Assembly: GCA_903851045.1 (NCBI GenBank)
Contig: CAINNF010000010.1
Coordinates: forward strand, 1,258 to 65,257
Direction of reading: 5' to 3'
Length of the DNA: 64,000 nt
Source of the DNA: Candidatus Adlerbacteria bacterium
GTDB lineage: Bacteria; Patescibacteriota; Minisyncoccia; Phycocordibacterales; SBAW01
Every line of letters begins with the position of its first letter. Position 1 is the stretch's first letter. Shown here one piece after another: positions 57,206 through 64,000 of the stretch. The translations under genes and the position numbers were made by a program. Under the pieces are notes generated by a model. It was not told the origin of the DNA, made no database searches, and saw nothing but the letters and a program-made list of their open reading frames with translations.

Positions 57206-58637
57206 CCCCACCAAAGTAGTCACCCGCTTCGCCCCCAGCCCAACCGGCTTCATGCATGTCGGCGGTGTTCGCACCGCGCTCTATGGTTGGCTTTTTGCAC
57301 GTAAACACGGGGGTACTTTTATCTTACGCATCGAGGATACCGACAAAAAGCGCGAAGTGGCAGGTTCTATCGAGCATATCGTTGAGTCGCTTCGCTGGCT
57401 GGGACTCGAGTGGAACGAAGGTGTCGATATCGGCGGTCCGCACGCCCCATACAAACAATCGGAGCGACTTGCTTCATACCAAAAATATGCACGCATCCTG
57501 ATCGACAAAGGGTACGCCTATCCGGACCCCTATACCGAAGAGGAGGTTGCCGTGTTCAGACAGAGGGCGGAGGACGAGAAGCGACCTTTTTTATATCGTG
57601 AACATCGACCCGAGGTGTTCGGAGCGTGGGACGGTACGAAACCGCTGCGCTTTAAGGTGCCCATGATCAAGCGGTACGAGTGGTATGACGAAGTTCGTGG
57701 CGAGCTTTCGGCAGGGGAGGAGGCGCTCGATGATTTTATCTTAATAAAGAGCGACGGCTATCCAACGTACAACTTCGCGCACATCATCGACGACCACGAG
57801 ATGGGAGTCACCCATATCATGCGCGGACAAGAGTTTATTTCTTCGATGCCCATATACCTTTCGCTCTACGAAGCGCTCGGCATCGACCGACCTCGGTTCG
57901 CAACGATGCCACCGATCATGGCAGCGGATGGCAAGAAGAAGCTCGGTAAGCGCGATGGTGCTAAGGACGTGCTCGAGTACCGCGACGAAGGATACATCCC
58001 CGAGGCGATGGTCAACTTCCTCGCGTTCATCGGATGGAATCCGGGTGACGAACGAGAAGTGATGACCACCAATGAGTTGATCGAATCCTTCTCGCTCAAG
58101 CACCTCCACAAAGCAGGAGCCAAATTCAACGAAGAGAAGTTGCTGTGGTTCAACCACAAGCATCTTCAACGACTCTCGTCGACCGAGTTCGAAGCGCGGT
58201 TGCGTGCGTTCCTCTCGACGACCGACATGCAAGCACCCACATACCTCGCGCAAGTCGTGCCACTCCTGCAGGCACGCGCACAGACGCTCATGGAAGCCGC
58301 TCAGATGCTGACGGGTGGAGAATTCTCTTTTATGGCCGAGACGACGTTCCCCACCAAAGAACTTCTCCTCCAAGGAGCGAAAGCCGACGATGTAAGCGTC
58401 AAGACACACTTGCAAAAGGTCATCACGCTCCTCCAGGACCTAGCATCGTTCGACCAGGGGTCAGTGAAGGAGGTGATCTTTCCGTACGCGACCGAAGTAG
58501 GACGCTCGGCAGTGCTCTGGCCCATGCGCGTCGCTCTCTCGGGAATGGAAAAGTCACCCGACCCGTTCACGCTCGCGGGCCTACTTGGAAGACAGCGGAC
58601 CCTTGCTCGCATTGAGAAAGCACTGCAATTGCTTTAA
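57195..58637 (+). CDS. gltX: glutamyl-tRNA synthetase
   Basis: VVTRFAPSPTGFMHVGGVRTALY (HIGH region); KLGKRDG (KMSKS-equivalent); 480 aa. Confidence 0.9.
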   Translation: MNPNPTKVVTRFAPSPTGFMHVGGVRTALYGWLFARKHGGTFILRIEDTDKKREVAGSIEHIVESLRWLGLEWNEGVDIGGPHAPYKQSERLASYQKYARILIDKGYAYPDPYTEEEVAVFRQRAEDEKRPFLYREHRPEVFGAWDGTKPLRFKVPMIKRYEWYDEVRGELSAGEEALDDFILIKSDGYPTYNFAHIIDDHEMGVTHIMRGQEFISSMPIYLSLYEALGIDRPRFATMPPIMAADGKKKLGKRDGAKDVLEYRDEGYIPEAMVNFLAFIGWNPGDEREVMTTNELIESFSLKHLHKAGAKFNEEKLLWFNHKHLQRLSSTEFEARLRAFLSTTDMQAPTYLAQVVPLLQARAQTLMEAAQMLTGGEFSFMAETTFPTKELLLQGAKADDVSVKTHLQKVITLLQDLASFDQGSVKEVIFPYATEVGRSAVLWPMRVALSGMEKSPDPFTLAGLLGRQRTLARIEKALQLL

Positions 58638-58646
58638 GATGGGTAG

Positions 58647-59945
58647 ATGCATCGTTCATCCGCTCTTTTTGCCGTATCCCTCGTCGTAGGTGTGCTCCTC
58701 GTCGGTATGGGTGCCGCGGGGCAACTACGGGCACAGTCGGTCGACGACCTACAACAACAGATCGTACAAAGCACCTCTCAGATCGATGACCTCAAGAAGG
58801 AGATTGCGCAGCTTCAGACTCAACTGAACGCGACCGGTAAACAAAAACAGACGCTCCAATCCGCGATCACCGGACTCGACCTCAATATCAAGAAGATAAC
58901 GAAGACCATCGCGCTCACGAACGCACAGATAGCACAAAAGGACGGACAGATCTCGCGACTTTCAGGAAGCATAGCGACCACCTCGATCAAGATCGGCACC
59001 GCACAAACGGAGGTCGGGAACACGCTCGCACAACTCGATATACACGACCAGGAACCGGTATCGTTACTGCTGCTGAGCGAACCGTCATTGTCGTCGTTCT
59101 TTGATGAGGCGGCATCGCTCGAGTCGCTTCGGGTCGACCTCCAAAGCACGGTACACCAACTTTCAGACCTTAAACAAACGCTCCAAGACAGCAAGACCGT
59201 GGCACAGCAAAAGCGCCAGGATCTCGCGAACCTCCAAGCAAGCTTGGCACAACAAAAACAGAGCCTTGCCATCGCACGACAGACACAAAGCGATCTGTTG
59301 ATACAGACCAAGAACACCGAAGCGACCTATCAAAAGATCCTCGCACAAAAGAAGGCCCAGGAAGCGAAATTCGAACAGGACCTACTGAGTTATGAGTCAC
59401 AACTGAACCTCAAGGTGAGCAAAGGGAGCCTACCACCAAGTGGTAGCGTGGTGCTTGCGTGGCCTGTAGATGATCCCTATATCACACAATACTTTGGCAA
59501 CACCCCTTTCGCGACCGCGAATCCCCAGGTCTATAATGGCAAGGGACACAACGCGATCGACCTGCGCGCCTCCCCGGGAACACCGATCAAGGCCGCGCGA
59601 GGAGGGGTGGTGCTTGGCACCGGCAACACCGACTTGACCTGCCCAGGGGCCTCGTACGGTAAGTGGATCTTTATCAAACACGACGATGGGCTGTCGACGA
59701 TCTACGCGCACTTGTCGGTCATTGGCGTCTCTAAGGGAGACTCCGTAACGGTCGGGCAAGTTATCGGCTATTCGGACACGACAGGGTATGCGACCGGCCC
59801 ACACCTTCACTTTGGCGTGTATGCGAGCACTGGTTCCGAGGTCGCTTCGTTCGCCAGCAAAGGGTGCCCAGGAAAGACCTATACCATGCCCGTTGCTGAC
59901 ATCTCCGCATACTTAAATCCTCTTTCATACCTGCCCCCACTCTAA
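58647..59945 (+). CDS. M23-family peptidase with an N-terminal coiled coil (EnvC/NlpD-like)
   Basis: Signal peptide, ~250 aa of Q-rich coiled coil, then the LytM domain: GKGHNAIDL, HLSVIG, GPHLHFGVY. Confidence 0.85.
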   Translation: MHRSSALFAVSLVVGVLLVGMGAAGQLRAQSVDDLQQQIVQSTSQIDDLKKEIAQLQTQLNATGKQKQTLQSAITGLDLNIKKITKTIALTNAQIAQKDGQISRLSGSIATTSIKIGTAQTEVGNTLAQLDIHDQEPVSLLLLSEPSLSSFFDEAASLESLRVDLQSTVHQLSDLKQTLQDSKTVAQQKRQDLANLQASLAQQKQSLAIARQTQSDLLIQTKNTEATYQKILAQKKAQEAKFEQDLLSYESQLNLKVSKGSLPPSGSVVLAWPVDDPYITQYFGNTPFATANPQVYNGKGHNAIDLRASPGTPIKAARGGVVLGTGNTDLTCPGASYGKWIFIKHDDGLSTIYAHLSVIGVSKGDSVTVGQVIGYSDTTGYATGPHLHFGVYASTGSEVASFASKGCPGKTYTMPVADISAYLNPLSYLPPL

Positions 59946-60061
59946 GAAAGCTATCCCCAGGAGGAACTTTCTTCCAACGTCAGAGGCTTCATACTTATAG
60001 GTACGGATATCCCGGTAGGGAAGGGTCGAACCGTGATACTTTTTCACATCTGAAACTTCGT

Positions 60062-60289
60062 ATGAAAATACTACACATGGTCGTGTTCTTGCTAACAATC
60101 GTCGGGGCCTTGAACTGGGGCTTGGTCGGGCTTGGTTCCTTCTTTGGGTTCGATGGCAATCTTGTCCACCTACTCCTCGGGTCATGGAGTGTCGTCGAGA
60201 ACGTCGTGTACATTCTTGTCGGTCTCTCCGGTATATGGCTTGCTGTCTCACATAAGAGCGACTGCAAAGGCTGCACGTCGGATAAATAG
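60062..60289 (+). CDS. DUF378-family small membrane protein
   Basis: LNWGLVGLGSFFGFDGNLV...VVENVVYILVGLSGIW is typical of DUF378; 75 aa. Confidence 0.7.
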   Translation: MKILHMVVFLLTIVGALNWGLVGLGSFFGFDGNLVHLLLGSWSVVENVVYILVGLSGIWLAVSHKSDCKGCTSDK

Positions 60290-60309
60290 TACGTACGCAC
60301 AGGTATTCG

Positions 60310-60348
60310 CACAGTCGCCCGCTTTCCTTTTGAAAGCGGGCGACTGTG
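60310..60348. terminator. 17-bp perfect stem-loop (terminator candidate) followed by an extended -10 (TGgTATACT)
   Basis: cacagtcgcccgctttc-ctttt-gaaagcgggcgactgtg; tggtatact at 60354-60362, 9 nt before the ABC ATPase ATG. Confidence 0.5.
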
Positions 60349-60371
60349 CGATATGGTATACTATCCATCTC

Positions 60372-61118
60372 ATGAACACACATCTCGCACTCACCATAAC
60401 CGGCCTTCGTAAGACCTACGACACGGGAACCTCCGCGCTCAAAGGAGTCTCTCTTTCAATCGCCGAGGGAGATTTTTTTGCGCTCCTCGGCCCCAACGGA
60501 GCGGGGAAGACGACGCTCATTAGTATCCTTACTTGCCTCACGAACAAGACGAGCGGCACGGTCGAGGTGTTCGGCGCGTCAATCGACACGGAACCTGAGC
60601 GTGCGAAGACCTACATCGGTCTCGTGCCGCAAGAGTTCAATTTCAACATATTCGAAAAGGTCATCGACATCATAACCACTCAGGCGGGCTACTACGGTAT
60701 CACGCGCTCGAGCGCTTTGCAGGACGCCGAACCTATCTTGAAAGAACTGGGGCTGTGGGAAAAGCGGAACGATAAAGCGATGTCCTTATCCGGTGGTATG
60801 AAGCGACGTCTCATGATCGCTCGAGCGCTCATCCACCACCCGAGACTCTTGATACTCGACGAGCCGACCGCAGGAGTCGACGTGGAGCTTCGCCGCTCCA
60901 TGTGGGAGTTCCTCAAGAAGATGAACGAGACCGGTACCACCATCATCCTCACCACGCATTACCTCGAGGAGGCTGAGCAGCTGTGTCGAAACGTCGCCAT
61001 CATTAACCAAGGTGCGATAGTGGTGAACGAGCCGACCGCCGCGCTACTCCACAGACACGGGGACAAGAAACTGGAAGACATCTTCCTCACACTATTACAA
61101 CGATCAAGTACCACCTAG
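60372..61118 (+). CDS. ABC transporter ATP-binding protein
   Basis: Walker A GPNGAGKTT, Q-loop, signature LSGGMKRRL, Walker B LLILDEPT. ATG at 60372; the ORF-track start at 60132 overlaps the upstream gene. Confidence 0.85.
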   Translation: MNTHLALTITGLRKTYDTGTSALKGVSLSIAEGDFFALLGPNGAGKTTLISILTCLTNKTSGTVEVFGASIDTEPERAKTYIGLVPQEFNFNIFEKVIDIITTQAGYYGITRSSALQDAEPILKELGLWEKRNDKAMSLSGGMKRRLMIARALIHHPRLLILDEPTAGVDVELRRSMWEFLKKMNETGTTIILTTHYLEEAEQLCRNVAIINQGAIVVNEPTAALLHRHGDKKLEDIFLTLLQRSSTT

Positions 61119-61122
61119 ACCC

Positions 61123-61896
61123 ATGAACCCACGAAGGATAACAGTCGCATACTACACGTTGGTCCGCAAAGAATGGGTGCGCATGACGCGGATCTGGTCA
61201 CAGACGTTCCTCCCGTCGATCGTCACCACAACCCTCTATTACATGATCTTTGGAGCGTTCATCGGCTCCCAGATCGCTCCTATCCATGGGTTCTCCTATA
61301 TCCAGTTCATCGTCCCCGGCCTCGTCATGATGGCGGTCATCACGAACTCGTACAGTAACGTCGTCAGCGGTTTCTTTGGGATGAAATTCCAACATAATCT
61401 CGAAGAGATCATGGTGTCACCGACGCCCAACTGGGTGGTGGTGCTCGGCTTCGTGAGTGGGGGAGTCGTTCGCGGTGTCGTGGTCGGTATCCTCGTACTG
61501 CTCACCTCCCTCTTCTTCACGCACCTCACCGTCTACAGCTTTTTCGTCCTCATCTCAGCCGCCATACTCACCAGCATCCTCTTCTCCCTTGCCGGCTTGC
61601 TCAACGGAATCTTTGCGAAAGGATTCGACGGTATCAGCATCGTCCCCACGTTCGTCCTCACACCACTGACCTACCTTGGCGGCGTCTTCTATTCCATAGA
61701 TCGTTTACCGCCTATCTGGCGCGCCATATCGCTCGGCAACCCGATCATCTATATGGTGAACGCGTTCCGGTACGGTTTCTTGGGCATCTCGGATACTCCG
61801 CTCGTACTCAGTTTCGGTATCCTGATCGGACTCACCGTCGTTCTCTTCATGCTCTGTTTGTATCTATTTCAAAAAGGTATCGGGATGCGTAATTAA
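61123..61896 (+). CDS. ABC-2 type transporter permease
   Basis: Six-TM, 257-aa ORF immediately downstream of the ABC ATPase. Confidence 0.75.
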   Translation: MNPRRITVAYYTLVRKEWVRMTRIWSQTFLPSIVTTTLYYMIFGAFIGSQIAPIHGFSYIQFIVPGLVMMAVITNSYSNVVSGFFGMKFQHNLEEIMVSPTPNWVVVLGFVSGGVVRGVVVGILVLLTSLFFTHLTVYSFFVLISAAILTSILFSLAGLLNGIFAKGFDGISIVPTFVLTPLTYLGGVFYSIDRLPPIWRAISLGNPIIYMVNAFRYGFLGISDTPLVLSFGILIGLTVVLFMLCLYLFQKGIGMRN

Positions 61897-61897
61897 A

Positions 61898-62548
61898 TTA
61901 CGCACACTTCTCATCTGGTCGCGGCCACTCGACCACATCGAGCAGTTTTCTTTCGATCATCGAAGCTCGGCGCAACGTTCTCATTTTTTGAGAAGAGACG
62001 ATAGGGAAGTGTCGGGTCTCATCAAGGTCCCCCGCGATCCGCTCGAGACTCTCCCCCGACATGACCCAATACGCAGGTTCGTACCGGCGCAGATCGAACG
62101 GCTTCGAATAGGCTTTCATCGTCTTGCGACCATCGTGCATGTAATACTCATGAAAATACGACATCGACAGTTCGCGTATCGACCGATACACCGGGTCGCG
62201 CCAACGCAGTATCGCATGGTTCGTCTTACTGATCACGCCCCACTTGCCGTCACGTTTGAATAGCGCCACTACATGGTCCTCATCGAACGAGCTGGTTTGA
62301 AAATCGAGCAACAACGGCACCGCACCGTGGTAGGCGAGGGAAGCGGCAGCAAACATCGCTCCTTCGATACACTGCGCACGATGTTGTTCGATGACGCGTT
62401 TCGTGGACAGCAAGTCCCCCGACAGATCGAAATTTATCGGCAGGGCATCAAGATGGTCTTGCACCTTCTCAGGCGTCGAAAGTTTTTGCAGGACTCGTGC
62501 CACGTCGGGGGAGAGCGCCGCGCGCACCTTCTTCGTGTAGACATCCAT
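61898..62548 (-). CDS. hypothetical protein; possible papain/transglutaminase-like cysteine peptidase fold
   Basis: Candidate Cys in HRAQCIEGAMFAAASLAYHG, His in HVVALFKRDGKWGVISKTNH and a downstream Asp. This is weak, motif-level evidence only. Confidence 0.35.
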   Translation of the reverse strand: MDVYTKKVRAALSPDVARVLQKLSTPEKVQDHLDALPINFDLSGDLLSTKRVIEQHRAQCIEGAMFAAASLAYHGAVPLLLDFQTSSFDEDHVVALFKRDGKWGVISKTNHAILRWRDPVYRSIRELSMSYFHEYYMHDGRKTMKAYSKPFDLRRYEPAYWVMSGESLERIAGDLDETRHFPIVSSQKMRTLRRASMIERKLLDVVEWPRPDEKCA

Positions 62549-62616
62549 CGAAGCATTCTAGCATCTGGGCCGCAGTTCTCCAGCGGTATAGGTCGCACAA
62601 TATACCTTTTGCGACA

Positions 62617-62645
62617 CTTACTGAGGTACAAAAGCTACGGTATAC
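62617..62645 (+). promoter_or_regulatory. promoter TTACTG-17-TATACT ending 7 nt before the DoxX ATG (probable leaderless transcript)
   Basis: TATACT at 62640-62645; ATG at 62653. Confidence 0.4.
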
Positions 62646-62652
62646 TGGAAAC

Positions 62653-63039
62653 ATGGATCGATGGATCACGCTTTACACGACACTGATTGGCCGCATTCTG
62701 CTCGGCGGGTTCTTTCTGTGGAGCGGTATAGAAAAGGCGCTCAACTTCTCCGGGTTTGTCGATTTCTTCGCGCACAAAGGATACGCGAATCCGCTCTATG
62801 TCGCTATGGGAGTTTTGGTCGTCGAGATCCTTGCCGGCATCGCCTTGATCACCGATGTGAAGACGCGTGCCGCGGCGCTTGTGCTAGCGATCTATATGCT
62901 GCTCTGGACCTTCCTGTTTCCACAGGTCGCCACCTCTGGCGAGACGCAACTATTTTTAGAGAATATGGCGATCGTCGGCGGCCTGTTACTGACTGCTGGA
63001 TACGGTACGAGCCGCTGGACGCCCGCCTGGCAGCGCTAG
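62653..63039 (+). CDS. DoxX-family membrane protein
   Basis: LLGGFFLWSGIEKALNFSGFVDFFAHKGYANP...VLVVEILAGIALI is typical of DoxX; 128 aa. Confidence 0.7.
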   Translation: MDRWITLYTTLIGRILLGGFFLWSGIEKALNFSGFVDFFAHKGYANPLYVAMGVLVVEILAGIALITDVKTRAAALVLAIYMLLWTFLFPQVATSGETQLFLENMAIVGGLLLTAGYGTSRWTPAWQR

Positions 63040-63473
63040 TTCAAGGCGAGACTCTTGGCTGCGGCTGACTGCGACCAACAGTATTCAGAGGACGACCAGG
63101 GTGCCGTACCTTCGCGTTCGTACAGATGTCGTGCGAACTTGAGATTACCTTCAAGCGTGTACAGATCGATCCCGAGCGCTTTGGCCTCATCAAGATGGTA
63201 GTGTTCGTTTATCTGCATAACACCAACATCCTTATTGTTTATCGCTCCTCGATATACGCTACCGTCAGTATCGAACTGACGAAAGTGTGACTCGCAACTT
63301 GATATCGCAGCCATGATGGGAGCATCGGCGAAATATGCTTCGACTCGTTCTTTAATCGTCTCAACCTTCGGCATCGGCTGCGGAATGACCGGCTGAGAAG
63401 CTGGTGGCGTGCCAGTCGAGGTCGAGAACGCTACCGTCAGCGCAAGTGCGAGCGTCGTTGCAGAAAAGGGCAT
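63036..63473 (-). CDS. secreted lytic-transglycosylase-domain (SLT/lysozyme-like) protein
   Basis: Signal peptide MPFSATTLALALTVAFSTSTG; ...AISSCESHF...GVMQINE...resembles the SLT catalytic ES...GLMQ pattern; 145 aa. Confidence 0.5.
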   Translation of the reverse strand: MPFSATTLALALTVAFSTSTGTPPASQPVIPQPMPKVETIKERVEAYFADAPIMAAISSCESHFRQFDTDGSVYRGAINNKDVGVMQINEHYHLDEAKALGIDLYTLEGNLKFARHLYEREGTAPWSSSEYCWSQSAAAKSLALN

Positions 63474-63726
63474 GTAATGGTTATCTGGTTGATTATCGGC
63501 TTCTGTAATAGAGATCCTGAAACAAAAAAGGCCTCCGGGGCTACCCCAGAGGTACTCATATGGTGCTCCCGAATCAAAAAAGGGTCAATAGGGGGGTATT
63601 GACAGGAAAAAACATATATAAACCCCCTACCCTGTGAATCTCGTCAAGCCAAGATAGGCCTTAATTTACAACATATTTTGGGAAAGCTGCACGCATTTGG
63701 TACACAAGAGACCCCGCCACATGTGG

Positions 63727-63757
63727 CGGGGTCTCTTGGAGAACATTGTGCGCACTC
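63727..63757. other. perfect 14-bp stem-loop with no U-tract, 24 nt 3' of tRNA-Pro
   Basis: agagaccccgccaca-tg-tggcggggtctct. Confidence 0.4.
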
Positions 63758-63780
63758 GGTCAACGACTCGTACGACTCTG

Positions 63781-63851
63781 TCGGGCTGCCGGGAATCGAA
63801 CCCGGTCTACATCCACCCCATGGACGCGTACTACCGGTATACTACAGCCCG
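63781..63851 (-). tRNA. tRNA-Pro (anticodon GGG)
   Basis: Hand-folded from the minus strand: acceptor CGGGCTG/CAGCCCG; D arm GTAT-ACCGGTA-GTAC (one G-U pair); anticodon arm CGTCC-ATGGGGT-GGATG; variable TAGA; T arm CCGGG-TTCGATT-CCCGG; discriminator A. CCA is not encoded. Confidence 0.8.
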
Positions 63852-64000
63852 CCGCGCCCTCCAATAGCTACCCGATGGAGGACCTTCGCTAAAGCTTCAG
63901 CGGACACAGCCCGCTTTAGGTGGCGATTTTGGAATTCTACCAGGGAATCTCGAACTTTTCGAATTCAGGAAGCAGTTTCTTACCATAGAGCAGCCGAGAT

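Noticed and set aside
59985-60045. Possible tRNA suggested by a GGTCGAACC T-loop-like motif
   Set aside because: Flanking sequence cannot form a T stem, acceptor stem or anticodon arm on either strand.

Overview
This 64-kb window is a compact, gene-dense bacterial chromosomal segment with about 58% GC and about 75 protein genes. Most genes lie on the + strand with short or overlapping junctions.

The content is mostly housekeeping:
- a complete F1F0 ATP synthase operon, atpB-E-F-(short delta)-A-G-D-(short epsilon);
- ychF, and four aminoacyl-tRNA synthetase genes beyond gltX (leuS, alaS, trpS, aspS);
- the tail of the ribosomal alpha operon, infA-rpmJ-rpsM-rpsK-rpsD-rpoA-rplQ, followed by rplM-rpsI;
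- grpE-dnaK-(ABC exporter)-dnaJ;
- scpA-scpB, then a cell-wall block dac-mraY-ftsW-murG-gltX plus an M23 peptidase;
- mltG, mnmA, ung, pepA, an M13 (PepO-like) peptidase, an ABC-2 transporter pair, and two tRNAs (Ala-GGC and Pro-GGG).

The truncated ATP synthase delta and epsilon, the short alaS, the DUF5671-like membrane protein and the many small unannotatable membrane proteins suggest a reduced-genome lineage such as CPR/Patescibacteria. That assignment is inference only.

Accessory and unusual content clusters in four places:
- 20.9-26.1 kb. An ATP-cone/restriction-endonuclease-fold protein, a Q/N-rich membrane protein, MgtC and a stand-alone Cas4-like PD-(D/E)XK nuclease are followed by a strong terminator and a 3' tRNA-like fragment. 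Next come CsaA, two convergent NUDIX hydrolases, and a VapD (Cas2-like) gene with an upstream small ORF and a perfect palindromic operator.
- 28.9-30.9 kb. A self-contained three-gene cassette of unknown function has its own palindrome-containing promoter and intrinsic terminator. At the ORF2/ORF3 junction it carries a 7x heptanucleotide repeat with three tandem ATGs, one in each reading frame.
- 39.3-40.4 kb. A HicB-like/HicA-like locus has HicA split across two frames, next to an orphan ClpX-type zinc-finger-domain protein.
- 46.0-46.5 kb. A RelE/ParE-type toxin-antitoxin pair.

Other sequence-level oddities:
- a perfect 17-bp inverted repeat embedded in-frame inside atpG;
- an independently promoted and terminated small ORF wedged between atpB and atpE;
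- a protein with a sigma-70 region 4 domain at its N-terminus and a HARE-HTH domain at its C-terminus;
- a roughly 370-bp structured non-coding leader in front of trpS.

No rRNA, CRISPR array, integrase or transposase was seen.
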